Assembly: GCA_963745245.1 (NCBI GenBank)
Contig: CAVUWU010000004.1
Coordinates: 25,363 to 89,362, forward strand
Length of the DNA stretch: 64,000 nucleotides
Reading direction: 5' to 3'
From: an uncultured Actinomycetota bacterium
Lineage (GTDB): Bacteria > Actinomycetota > Actinomycetes > Propionibacteriales > Nocardioidaceae
In this document: piece after piece, positions 37,104 through 46,170 of the stretch
Layout: every line of letters starts with the position of its first letter
How positions within the stretch are numbered: the first letter of the stretch is position 1
The notes under the pieces: model-generated
The model's input: the letters and a program-made list of their open reading frames with translations, nothing else
Database searches by the model: none
What the model was told of the DNA's origin: nothing
Program-made: the position numbers and the translations under genes

Positions 37104-40100
37104 GTGTCGTCACAGTCATCGCAGGACCCGGTGTCCTCGGTTCTGATCGCGAACCGGGGCGAGGTCGCGGTCCGGATCCATCGTGGCGCGGCCGCCGTGG
37201 GGCTTGGCTCGGTCGCGGTCTTCGTCCCCGAGGAGCGGGAGGCGTTGCACGTCCGCCTCGCCGAGGAGGCGCACCCTCTCGTCGGGCGTGCGCCCTACCT
37301 GGACGCCGACCAGCTCGTCGCCCTTGCCCGCGCCAGCGGCTGCGGCCTGCTGCATCCCGGCTACGGCTTTCTCAGCGAGAGCCCCGAGTTGGCCCGGCGG
37401 TGCGCGGACGCCGGCGTGCGGTTCGTGGGGCCGGCGCCGGAGGTCCTCGATCTCTTCGGCGACAAGGCGGCGGCCCGCGGCTTCGCGGCCGAGCACGGGG
37501 TCCCGGTGCTTCCGGCCACCCCGGGTCCGACCACGCTCGCCGAGGCGCAGAGCTTCCTGGAGGGGCTCGGCCCCGGCGCGGCGGTCATGGTCAAGGCGGT
37601 CGCCGGCGGGGGCGGCCGCGGCCTGCGCGTCGTGCGCGACCCCGCAGAGATGGCCATGGCGTGGGAGCGGGCGCGCTCCGAGGCCGCCGGCGCCTTCGGC
37701 CGTGACGAGGTCTACGTCGAGGCGCTCATGTGGCCCGCCCGGCACGTCGAGGTGCAGGTCGTCGGCGACGGCTCCGGCGCGGTCAGCCATCTCGGGGACC
37801 GCGACTGCACGGTGCAGCGTCGGCACCAGAAGCTGATCGAGGTCGCCCCCTGCCCCGGTCTCCCCGAGCTCACCAGGACGGCGCTGCACGGGGCGGCGGT
37901 GCGGCTCGCCTCGGGTTGCGGCTTCGGGGGTGTCGGCACCGTGGAGTTCCTCCTCGACCGCGACGACCCCGAGCGCTTCGCCTTCCTCGAGGTCAACCCC
38001 CGGCTGCAGGTGGAGCACACGGTCACCGAGGAGGTCACCGGCCTGGACCTGGTGGCGATCCAGCTGCGGCTGGCCCTGGGGGACAGCCTGGCCGACCTCG
38101 GGCTGGAGCAGTCCAGCGTCCCACCGGCACGCGGGATGGCGGTCCAGTGCCGGGTCACCCTCGAGGACGTCGGGCCGGACGGCACCGCCCGGCCGGCCAC
38201 CGGCACCGTGGAGCGCGTCGAGTTGCCGGGCGGCCCCGGGGTCCGGGTGGACACCGCCGGACACGCGGGATATGTGAGCAGCGGCAGGTTCGACCCGCTC
38301 TTCGCGAAGGTGATCACCCGCACCCCGACCACGAGCCTCGCCCAGGCCGCCGAGGCCGCGGACCGTGCCCTCGCCGACGTCCGGATCGAGCCCCTGCCCA
38401 CCAACGTCGCGTTGCTGCGGACCGTGCTCGCGCTCCCGGCATTTCGATCCGGGACGATGGACACCGGCGCCGTGGATGCCAGTGGAGCCGGGCTGACCGC
38501 CGCCGCTTCCCCCGCCGATCGTGCCGACCAGGCCGACCAGGCCGACCGGGCCGACGACCCTCGGCGTCAGGGGGATGCGGGAGCCCCGGCCTGGGTGCTG
38601 TCGGCCTTCGCCGGGGCCGTCGTCGAGGTCCGGGCCGCCTCCGGGCAGCACGTCACCGTCGGGACCCCGCTGGTCGTGCTGGAGGCGATGAAGATGGAGC
38701 ACGTCATCGCGGCCGAGGTCTCCGGGGTCGTGGACCGCATCCTCGTCGAGCCGGGCGCGACCGCGGGGCCCGGGGATCGGCTGCTCACGCTCGTCCCGGA
38801 CGCCGAACAAGTCGCCGGGGTCGCCGAGGAGACCGAGGTGGACCTCGACGCCGTACGCCCCGACCTCGCCGAGGCCCGCGATCGGCACCGCCTCGGTTCG
38901 GACCAGGCGCGACCCGAGGCGGTCGCCCGACGCCGTCGCACCGGCCGGCGCACCGCCCGGGAGAACGTCGGCGACCTGTGCGACCTGGACACCTTCCAGG
39001 AGTACGGCGCGCTCGCCATCGCCGCGCAGCGCCGCCGACGCAGCCTCGAGGATCTGCTCGCCTCCACCCCCGCCGACGGCATCGTCACCGGCATCGGTCA
39101 GGTCAACGGGACCGATCCGCAGGGCGCGCCTCGCCGCTGTGTCGTGCTCGCCTACGACTACACCGTGCTGGCCGGCACGCAGGGGCTGCTCAGCCACCGC
39201 AAGACCGACCGGATGCTCGACCTGGCGCACAGGCAGCGGCTGCCCGTCGTGCTCTTCGCCGAGGGTGGCGGCGGCCGGCCCGGTGACACCGATACGACGA
39301 CGGTGTCCGGGCTCGACGTCGCCACGTTCGCCAGCATGGCGCGGCTGTCCGGGCGCGTGCCGACGGTGGGGATCGCCTCAGGGCGGTGCTTCGCGGGCAA
39401 CGCCGCGTTGCTCGGCTGCTGCGACGTCATCATCGCCACCGAAGACGCGACGATCGGGATGGGCGGCCCGGCGATGATAGAGGGCGGCGGGCTCGGCCGC
39501 TTCCGGCCCGAGGAGGTCGGCCCGATGGAGGTGCAGGTGCCCAACGGGGTCGTGGACCTCCTGGTGGCCGACGAGGAAGCCGCGGTGCGGACGGCCAAGC
39601 GCTACCTCTCCTACTTCCAGGGGCCGGTGCCGCAGTGGCACGCTCCGGACCAGCGGCGGCTGCGGCACGTGGTGCCGGAGAACCGGGTGCGCGTCTACGA
39701 CGTGCGCGAGGCGGTTCGACTGCTGGCGGACGAGGGCTCAGTGCTCGAACTCCGAGGTGGGTTCGGGGCGGGCGTGGTGACCGCGCTGGTGCGCCTGGAA
39801 GGGCGTCCCGTGGGCCTGCTGGCCAACAACCCCGCGCACCTCGGTGGAGCGATCGACGCCGACGCCGCCGACAAGGCCGCCCGGTTCCTCCAGCTCTGCG
39901 ACGCGCACGGCCTCCCGGTGGTGTCGCTATGCGACACGCCCGGCTTCATGGTCGGGCCGGAGGCCGAGCGTGCCGCCACCGTGCGGCACTTCAGTCGGCT
40001 CTTCGTCGCCGGCGCGCACCTCCGGGTCCCCCTGGTAGGGATCGTGCTCCGCAAGGCCTACGGGCTCGGCGCCCAGGCGATGGTCGGGGGCGGGTTCCAC

Positions 40101-40400
40101 GAACCCCTGGCCACATGGGCCTGGCCCACGGGCGAGCTCGGCGGGATGGGCCTCGAGGGCGCGGTGCGCCTGGGGTTCCGTCGCGAGCTGGACGAGGTCG
40201 CGGACCCCGAGGAGCGAGACCGCCTGTTCGAGCGGCTGGTCGCCGACCACTACGAGCGGGGAAAGGCGGTGAACGCCGCCGCGGCCTTCGAGCTCGACGA
40301 TGTGATCGACCCGGCCGAGACGCGGTCGCGGATCCTCGGGGCGCTGCCGGCTCCCGGCGTACGACCGGGGAAGCGGCGGGGCTTCGTGGACACCTGGTGA
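37104..40400 (+). CDS. single-chain acyl-CoA carboxylase: biotin carboxylase + BCCP + carboxyltransferase in one 1098-aa polypeptide
   Basis: BC region: VLIANRGEVAVRI, KAVAGGGGRGLRVV, EVNPRLQVEHTVTE. Biotinyl site VLEAMKMEHV. The C-terminal ~480 aa are carboxyl-transferase-like (LAGTQG, FAEGGGGRPGD, PGFMVGPEAE). Confidence 0.9.
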   Translation: MSSQSSQDPVSSVLIANRGEVAVRIHRGAAAVGLGSVAVFVPEEREALHVRLAEEAHPLVGRAPYLDADQLVALARASGCGLLHPGYGFLSESPELARRCADAGVRFVGPAPEVLDLFGDKAAARGFAAEHGVPVLPATPGPTTLAEAQSFLEGLGPGAAVMVKAVAGGGGRGLRVVRDPAEMAMAWERARSEAAGAFGRDEVYVEALMWPARHVEVQVVGDGSGAVSHLGDRDCTVQRRHQKLIEVAPCPGLPELTRTALHGAAVRLASGCGFGGVGTVEFLLDRDDPERFAFLEVNPRLQVEHTVTEEVTGLDLVAIQLRLALGDSLADLGLEQSSVPPARGMAVQCRVTLEDVGPDGTARPATGTVERVELPGGPGVRVDTAGHAGYVSSGRFDPLFAKVITRTPTTSLAQAAEAADRALADVRIEPLPTNVALLRTVLALPAFRSGTMDTGAVDASGAGLTAAASPADRADQADQADRADDPRRQGDAGAPAWVLSAFAGAVVEVRAASGQHVTVGTPLVVLEAMKMEHVIAAEVSGVVDRILVEPGATAGPGDRLLTLVPDAEQVAGVAEETEVDLDAVRPDLAEARDRHRLGSDQARPEAVARRRRTGRRTARENVGDLCDLDTFQEYGALAIAAQRRRRSLEDLLASTPADGIVTGIGQVNGTDPQGAPRRCVVLAYDYTVLAGTQGLLSHRKTDRMLDLAHRQRLPVVLFAEGGGGRPGDTDTTTVSGLDVATFASMARLSGRVPTVGIASGRCFAGNAALLGCCDVIIATEDATIGMGGPAMIEGGGLGRFRPEEVGPMEVQVPNGVVDLLVADEEAAVRTAKRYLSYFQGPVPQWHAPDQRRLRHVVPENRVRVYDVREAVRLLADEGSVLELRGGFGAGVVTALVRLEGRPVGLLANNPAHLGGAIDADAADKAARFLQLCDAHGLPVVSLCDTPGFMVGPEAERAATVRHFSRLFVAGAHLRVPLVGIVLRKAYGLGAQAMVGGGFHEPLATWAWPTGELGGMGLEGAVRLGFRRELDEVADPEERDRLFERLVADHYERGKAVNAAAAFELDDVIDPAETRSRILGALPAPGVRPGKRRGFVDTW

Positions 40401-40416
40401 GGCCGTGGGGCTGTGG

Positions 40417-41025
40417 TCAGAGCACCGCGGGATCGACACCGACCATCCGCAGGGCCAGCTCGGAGTAGTAGTCGCCCACGTCCTCGGGAGACCACGTCCC
40501 GTCCTCACGGAACCACCGCGCGATGTCGACGCCGAGCGAGAGCAGCGCCACCGCGGTCATCCGGGGGTCCGGGGCCCGGAAGGCCCCAGCCGCCACGCCA
40601 CGCTCCACGAGCGTGCGGACCTCGTCCTCGATCTGGCGGCGCAGCTCGCGGATCTCCGCACGGTGCTGCGGGGTCAGCGCCTCCATCTCGTAGTTGACGA
40701 TCCTGGCGACCGTGTGGTCGCGGGCGTGATGGATCGCGAAGGCCCGGGCGAGGGCAATGAGCTGGGCCTTCGGTCCCGGGGCGGAGCGCAGGGCATCGCG
40801 GACCAGGGCCAGCGTCCGTTCGTGCCCGGTGCGCGAGATCCGGTGGAGCAGTTCCTCCTTGGAGCGATGGTGGACGTAGAGCGCGGCCGGGCTCATCCCC
40901 GCGGCCGTGGCGATGTCCCGCGTCGTCGTGCCGTGGAAGCCACGGTCGGCGAACGCCTGAATCGCGGCCTCCAGCAGCCGGGCGCGAGCGGCATCGGTGC
41001 GGGCCTGGGGCTGAGGTCCCGACAT
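40417..41025 (-). CDS. TetR/AcrR-family transcriptional regulator
   Basis: Lies in ORF 40417..41079(-). ATG 41025 is preceded by GGAGGAGG. HTH TTRDIATAAGMSPAALYVHHRSKEELL. Confidence 0.85.
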   Translation of the reverse strand: MSGPQPQARTDAARARLLEAAIQAFADRGFHGTTTRDIATAAGMSPAALYVHHRSKEELLHRISRTGHERTLALVRDALRSAPGPKAQLIALARAFAIHHARDHTVARIVNYEMEALTPQHRAEIRELRRQIEDEVRTLVERGVAAGAFRAPDPRMTAVALLSLGVDIARWFREDGTWSPEDVGDYYSELALRMVGVDPAVL

Positions 41026-41136
41026 CCCTCCTCCTTCGCCTGGCGGTCTCGCGAGGGCTCGTCGTGTGACCGGGGTCATACGCGGCCCCGATGAACCGGG
41101 GGTTGAGGCGTACCCTCGCAGTCCTGCACAGTAGCC

Positions 41137-41160
41137 GGGTAAGCAAGCGCTTAGTCACCC
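41137..41160. promoter_or_regulatory. imperfect 24-bp palindrome GGGTAAGCAAGCGCTTAGTCACCC (core AAGCGCTT) in the TetR/thiolase divergent region
   Basis: 18/24 self-complementary. Ends 13 nt before the thiolase GTG. A second inverted repeat, TGAACCGGGGGTTGA, lies at 41092..41106. Confidence 0.25.
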
Positions 41161-41173
41161 ATGAGGAGCCCTC

Positions 41174-42391
41174 GTGCCCGAAGCCGTGATCGTCTCCGTT
41201 GCCCGCTCGCCCATCGGCCGCGCCATGAAGGGGTCCCTGCGGGAGATGCGTCCCGACGACCTCACGGTGCAGATGGTGCAGGCGGCCCTGGCCGACGTGC
41301 CGCAACTCGATCCTCGCCAGATCGACGATCTGATGCTGGGCTGCGGTCAGCCGGCCGGGGAGTCGGGCTTCAACCTGGGCCGCGTGGTCGCCGTCCTAGC
41401 CGGCATGGACCACGTTTCGGGTACGACGGTCAACCGCTACTGCTCCTCCAGCCTGCAGACGAGCCGGATGGCCATGCACGCCATCCGGGCCGGTGAGGGT
41501 GACGTCTTCGTCTCCGCGGGCGTCGAGACGGTCAGCCGCTACGTGAAGGGCAACGCCGACGGCCTCCCCGACACCGAGAACCCGCTCTTCGCCGCGGCCA
41601 AGGAGCGCACCGCGAAGCTCGCCGCGGGCGGCGGCACCTGGAGCAACCCTCGCGAGGGCGGGATGCTCCCCGACATCTACATCGCGATGGGACAGACCGC
41701 GGAGAACGTGGCCCAGCTCCGCGGGGTGAGCCGGGCCGACCAGGACGCGTTCGGCGTGCGCAGCCAGAACCTCGCCGAGAAGGCCATCGCCGACGGCTTC
41801 TGGGCCCGGGACATCACCCCGGTCACGCTGCCCGACGGCACCACGGTGAGCACCGACGACGGCCCACGCGCAGGGGTGACCCTGGACAAGGTCAGCCAGC
41901 TCGAGCCGGTGTTCCGCCCCGACGGCACGGTGACTGCCGGCAACTGCTGCCCGCTCAACGACGGGGCGGCCGCGGTCGTGATCATGTCCGACACGAAGGC
42001 TGCCGACCTCGGGATCACCCCGCTGGCGCGGATCATCTCCACCGGCGTCACCGGAGTCTCTCCGGAGATCATGGGCCTGGGCCCGGTCGAGGCCTCCCGA
42101 CAGGCCCTGTCGCGGGCCGGGATGACGATCGACGACGTCGACCTCGTCGAGATCAACGAGGCCTTCGCCGCCCAGGTGATCCCCTCCGCCCTTGAGCTCG
42201 GCGTGGACATGGACAAGCTCAACGTCAACGGCGGCGCGATCGCCGTGGGGCACCCCTTCGGTATGACCGGTGCCCGGATCACCAGCACGCTGCTGCATTC
42301 GCTGCAGTTCCACGACAAGCAGATCGGGCTGGAGACCATGTGCGTCGGTGGTGGCCAGGGGATGGCCATGGTCGTCGAGCGACTGTCCTGA
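41174..42391 (+). CDS. acetyl-CoA C-acyltransferase (thiolase)
   Basis: VNRYCSSSLQ (active Cys), NVNGGAIAVGHPFGMTGAR, CVGGGQGMA. Confidence 0.9.
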   Translation: MPEAVIVSVARSPIGRAMKGSLREMRPDDLTVQMVQAALADVPQLDPRQIDDLMLGCGQPAGESGFNLGRVVAVLAGMDHVSGTTVNRYCSSSLQTSRMAMHAIRAGEGDVFVSAGVETVSRYVKGNADGLPDTENPLFAAAKERTAKLAAGGGTWSNPREGGMLPDIYIAMGQTAENVAQLRGVSRADQDAFGVRSQNLAEKAIADGFWARDITPVTLPDGTTVSTDDGPRAGVTLDKVSQLEPVFRPDGTVTAGNCCPLNDGAAAVVIMSDTKAADLGITPLARIISTGVTGVSPEIMGLGPVEASRQALSRAGMTIDDVDLVEINEAFAAQVIPSALELGVDMDKLNVNGGAIAVGHPFGMTGARITSTLLHSLQFHDKQIGLETMCVGGGQGMAMVVERLS

Positions 42392-42393
42392 CC

Positions 42394-42481
42394 GCCCCGG
42401 CCGGCCCCATCAGACCGGCCGCCCCGGCCGGCCCCACCAGACCGGCCGGTCCGACCGGCCCCAGCAGTCCGGCCGGTCCCC
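42394..42481. repeat. 27-bp tandem repeat, 3.3 copies, in the thiolase-fabG spacer
   Basis: GCCCCGGCCGGCCCCAYCAGACCGGCC at 42394 and 42421. Diverged copy GGTCCGACCGGCCCCAGCAGTCCGGCC at 42448, then a partial copy. Confidence 0.9.
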
Positions 42482-42502
42482 ACAACGACTCCCGGAGGAA
42501 GC

Positions 42503-43255
42503 ATGACCGCACGCACCGCAATCGTGACCGGCGCCGCCCGCGGCATCGGCGCTGCCGTCGCACGCCGGCTGGCCCAGGACGGCTTCGCCGTGGCCGTCCT
42601 GGACCTCGACGAGGCGGCCTGCGCGCCGGTCGCCGAGCAGATCCGCAGCCTCGGGGGCCGGGCGCTCGCCGTCGGCGCGGACGTCTCGGACGAGGTGGCG
42701 GTGGCCGAGGCCGTCGACCGGGTCGCCGCCGAGCTGGGGCCGCCCACCGTGCTGGTCAACAACGCCGGCATCATCCGCGACAACCTGCTGTTCAAGATGA
42801 CCACCGACGACTGGGACGCGGTGATGGCGGTGCACCTGCGCGGCGCGTTCCTGATGTCTCGGGCGGTCCAGGCGCACATGACCAAGGAGACCTACGGGCG
42901 GATCGTCAACCTGTCGAGCAGTTCGGCGCTGGGCAACCGGGGCCAGGCGAACTACTCCGCGGCCAAGGCCGGCCTCCAGGGCTTCACCAAGACACTCGCC
43001 CTCGAGCTCGGCAAGTTCGGCGTCACCGCGAACTCCATCGCCCCGGGCTTCATCGAGACCGACATGACCGCGGCCACCGCCGAGCGGATGGGCGTCTCCT
43101 TCGAGGACTTCAAGAAGGCGGCCACCGGGTCGATCCCCGTCGGCCGGACCGGCAAGCCCGAGGACATCGCCCACGCCGTGTCCTACCTCGTCAGCGAGGG
43201 CGCCGGCTACGTTTCCGGCCAGGTCATCTACGTCGCCGGAGGACCCCTCAACTGA
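42503..43255 (+). CDS. fabG: 3-oxoacyl-(ACP/CoA) reductase, FabG-like SDR
   Basis: AIVTGAARGIGAA, NNAG, YSAAKAG. GGAGGA RBS. Confidence 0.85.
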   Translation: MTARTAIVTGAARGIGAAVARRLAQDGFAVAVLDLDEAACAPVAEQIRSLGGRALAVGADVSDEVAVAEAVDRVAAELGPPTVLVNNAGIIRDNLLFKMTTDDWDAVMAVHLRGAFLMSRAVQAHMTKETYGRIVNLSSSSALGNRGQANYSAAKAGLQGFTKTLALELGKFGVTANSIAPGFIETDMTAATAERMGVSFEDFKKAATGSIPVGRTGKPEDIAHAVSYLVSEGAGYVSGQVIYVAGGPLN

Positions 43256-43336
43256 CCTGTGGAGCCCCCTCGGGCCCCGGCGGCTCCAGGTGGGCCCGGT
43301 GTGCGCGGCGTACCTCCCCCTGGGCCGTGCCCCGAC

Positions 43337-43560
43337 GTCAGTGACTGACGTGGGGTTGGTCTTCAGGGCCAGGGACCGTCCTCAGGTCAGTGACTGACGT
43401 GGGGTTGGTCTTCAGGGCCAGGGACCGCCCTCAGGTCAGTGACTGACGTCCGGGGAGGGGCGACGCCGGCGTCCGGGTCAGTGACTGACTTGGGGCTGGT
43501 TTTCCGGGCCAGGGACCGCCCTCAGGTCAGTGACTGACGTCCGGGGAGGGGCGACCAGGC
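43337..43560. repeat. intergenic array: five copies of the 13-nt palindrome GTCAGTGACTGAC in alternating 49-bp (A) and 42-bp (B) units, order A-A-B-A-B
   Basis: Cores at 43337, 43386, 43435, 43477 and 43526. A tail is GTGGGGTTGGTCTTCAGGGCCAGGGACCGYCCTCAG; B tail is GTCCGGGGAGGGGCGAC.... Lies between convergent gene ends (43255 and 43598). Confidence 0.95.
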
Positions 43561-43597
43561 GGAACGGCGTGACCTGGCGGCCGGCCGGAATCCGGTG

Positions 43598-44548
43598 TCA
43601 CGGAATCAGGGTGACCTTGCCGGTGGCGGCGCGTTCCTCCAGGCCCTGCAGCGCCTCGGCGGCGTGGTGCAGGCCGAAGCTCGCTCCGAGCACGGGGGCG
43701 AGGGCTCCGCTGCGCAAGTGCGGCAGCATCGCCTCCCACTCGCGGCCCACGTGTCCGGGGCGGCTCAGCACGTAGGCCCCCCAGCCGACCCCGACGACCG
43801 CGATGTTGTTGAGCAGCAGGCGGTTGACCTTGACGGTGGGGATCTCGCCGGCGGTGAAGCCGATGACCAACAGCCGGCCGTCCTCGGCGAGACAGCGCAG
43901 CGAGTCGGTGAACCGATCGCCACCGACCGGGTCGACCACGAGGTCGACGCGGTCGCCCAGGGACTCCCGGAAGCCCTCGGCGAGGACGAACTCGTCGGCG
44001 CCGGCGGCGACGGCGACCTCGCCCTTCTCCGGCGTGGAGACGACGGCGACCACCCGGCCGGCGCCGAAGGCCTTGGCCACCTGCAGAGCGGCGGTGCCGA
44101 CCCCACCCGCCGCCCCGTGCACGAGCACGCTCTCGCCGGCCCGCAGGTGCCCGCGCTCGACGAGCGCGAAGTACGCCGTGCCGTAGTTGAAGATGAACGA
44201 CGCGCCGGCCTGATAAGACACTTCATCGGGCAACCGGAAGGCCAGGTCGGGCTGGACCACCGCCCGCTCGGCGAAGCCACCCAGCAGCGGCAGGGCGGCG
44301 ACCCGGTCACCCGGTCGCAGCCCGGAGGACTCCGGCGCCTCGACGACGTCGCCGGCCACCTCCGCGCCCGGCACGAAGGGCAGGGGCGGCTGCACCTGGT
44401 AGAGCCCCCGGGTCTGGAGCAGCTCAGGGAAGGCGACCCCGGCTGCCCGGACCTCGACGAGGACCTTGCCGTCCGCCGCGGGCGACGCGATGTCGACGAC
44501 CTCGACGGCCTCGGGGCCGTCAAGCCTGGTGATCTGGACGGCGCGCAT
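43598..44548 (-). CDS. NADPH:quinone oxidoreductase / zinc-type MDR family
   Basis: MRAVQITRLDGPEAVEVV..., GAEVAGDV, HGAAGGVGTAALQ. Confidence 0.85.
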   Translation of the reverse strand: MRAVQITRLDGPEAVEVVDIASPAADGKVLVEVRAAGVAFPELLQTRGLYQVQPPLPFVPGAEVAGDVVEAPESSGLRPGDRVAALPLLGGFAERAVVQPDLAFRLPDEVSYQAGASFIFNYGTAYFALVERGHLRAGESVLVHGAAGGVGTAALQVAKAFGAGRVVAVVSTPEKGEVAVAAGADEFVLAEGFRESLGDRVDLVVDPVGGDRFTDSLRCLAEDGRLLVIGFTAGEIPTVKVNRLLLNNIAVVGVGWGAYVLSRPGHVGREWEAMLPHLRSGALAPVLGASFGLHHAAEALQGLEERAATGKVTLIP

Positions 44549-44593
44549 GCGCGCTCACCCCTTCCGTCCGTGGTGTCTGTGGTCGGTCGTGTC

Positions 44594-45595
44594 TCACACC
44601 TGGAGCACGAGCTTGCCGGTGTTCATGCCGCGGAACAGTCCGAGCAGCGCCTTCGGGAAGGCCTCGACTCCTCCGGGGACCACGGTCTCGCGGGCGATCA
44701 ACCGGCCGTCGGCGATCATCTCCGCGATGGCGCTGATCCCCTCGGGATAACGGTCCTCGTAGTCGAAGACGACGAAGCCGGTCATCGAGGCCCGGAAGAC
44801 CAGCAGCGACATGTAGCGCCGCGGACCCGGCGGCAGCGAGGTCTCGTTGTAGCCGGAGATCGCCCCGCAGATGACGACGCGGGCACCGCGCCTGAGGTTG
44901 GCCAGGGCGGCGTCGAGGATGTCCCCGCCGACATTGTCGAAGTAGACGTCGATCCCGTCCGGGGCGACCTGGCGGATCCGGGTGATGACCTTCTCGTTCT
45001 TGTAGTCGATGGCTTCGTCGAGGCCGATCTCGCGCAGCCAGGCGACCTTGTCCGGGCCGCCCGCGATGCCGATCACCCGGCAGCCCATCGCCTTGGCGAG
45101 CTGGGCGACGACACTGCCCACCGCCCCCGCGGCAGCCGAGACCAGGACGGTGTCTCCGGCCTGGACCCGACCGACATCGGTCAGCCCGAAGTACGCCGTC
45201 ATGCCGGGCATGCCCAGCGCTCCGAGCCAGGTCGGCGCCGGGGCCACGCCGAGGTCGATGCGGCTCACGCCCCGGCCGTCGCCGACCGCATGCTCGGCCA
45301 CGCCGAAGCTCCCGGTCACCGCAGTGCCCTCCGGGAAGTCGGGGTGTCGTGAGGACAGCACGGTCCCGGTGGCCCCGGCTCGCATGACAGACCCGACCTT
45401 CACGGGCGGGATGTAGGAGCGGACGTCGTTGAGCCATCCGCGCATCGCGGGGTCCAGGGACACGTAGTCGGTGGCGACCACGAACTGTCCGTCGTCGGGC
45501 TCGGGGACGTCGACGGTTTCGATGCGCCAGGTGCTGTCGTCGGGGTATCCGTGCGGGCGCTCGGCGAGGACGACGCGCTTGGACTGGCCCGTCAC
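44594..45595 (-). CDS. NADP-dependent alkenal/enone oxidoreductase (YncB/CurA, LTB4 dehydrogenase-like MDR)
   Basis: Lies in ORF 44594..45964(-). GTG 45595 overlaps the MaoC stop. WLGALGMPGMTAYFGL, VSAAAGAVGSVVAQLAK, GKLVLQV C-terminus. Confidence 0.85.
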   Translation of the reverse strand: MTGQSKRVVLAERPHGYPDDSTWRIETVDVPEPDDGQFVVATDYVSLDPAMRGWLNDVRSYIPPVKVGSVMRAGATGTVLSSRHPDFPEGTAVTGSFGVAEHAVGDGRGVSRIDLGVAPAPTWLGALGMPGMTAYFGLTDVGRVQAGDTVLVSAAAGAVGSVVAQLAKAMGCRVIGIAGGPDKVAWLREIGLDEAIDYKNEKVITRIRQVAPDGIDVYFDNVGGDILDAALANLRRGARVVICGAISGYNETSLPPGPRRYMSLLVFRASMTGFVVFDYEDRYPEGISAIAEMIADGRLIARETVVPGGVEAFPKALLGLFRGMNTGKLVLQV

Positions 45596-46128
45596 CGAGC
45601 ACCGCCCGGCTGGTCGCTGGCCGCACCGGCGCCGTGCTGGACGAAGCGGCCGATCGACTCCGCGACGCAGACCGGCTTCTCGATGCCCTCGGCCTCGAAG
45701 ACCTGAGTGGTCGTGACCTGGGCCGATCCCTCGCCCATCGGGGTGACCTCGCTGACGGTGGCGGTCATCCGCACCCGAGCGCCCACGGGAAGCGGATGCG
45801 GGAATCGGACCTTGCCGTAGCCGTAGTTCAGGCCATGGGCGAAACCGTCGAAGGCCATCAGCTCCTCGGTCAGAGCCGGGCCCAGGCTCAGGGTGAGGAG
45901 GCCGTGCCCGATCGTGCGGCCGAAGGGCCCTGCCGCCGCGCGCTCGGGGTCGACGTGGATCCACTGGTGGTCGCCGGTGACGTCGGCGAAGGCGTCGATG
46001 TCCGCCTGGGTGAGGGTGTGCCAGCGCGTCGGCCCCAACGTGCTGCCGACGAGCTCCTGAAGGTCGGCGATCGTGGTGGGGCGCAACCGCTCGGCGCTGG
46101 GGGCATCCTCGGTGGTCTCGGTGCTCAC
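45592..46128 (-). CDS. MaoC-like (R)-specific enoyl-CoA hydratase / hot-dog fold dehydratase
   Basis: FADVTGDHQWIHVDPERA, GRTIGHGLLTLSL. GTG 46128 is preceded by GGAGGAG. Confidence 0.85.
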   Translation of the reverse strand: MSTETTEDAPSAERLRPTTIADLQELVGSTLGPTRWHTLTQADIDAFADVTGDHQWIHVDPERAAAGPFGRTIGHGLLTLSLGPALTEELMAFDGFAHGLNYGYGKVRFPHPLPVGARVRMTATVSEVTPMGEGSAQVTTTQVFEAEGIEKPVCVAESIGRFVQHGAGAASDQPGGAR

Positions 46129-46170
46129 AGGCGGGTCTCCTCCTTCTCAGGTGATCGGCCTCACGCTAGC

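Noticed and set aside
42270-42506. 78-aa ORF reading through the 27-bp repeats (GRPGRPHQT-like peptide repeats)
   Set aside because: It starts inside the thiolase gene in another frame, has no RBS, and ends within the fabG start region. More likely a non-coding repeat.
43337-43560. Possible CRISPR array
   Set aside because: The repeat core is only 13 nt. The 'spacers' are themselves repeated (three A tails, two B tails). No cas genes or leader are present. Treated as a tandem/palindromic repeat array instead.
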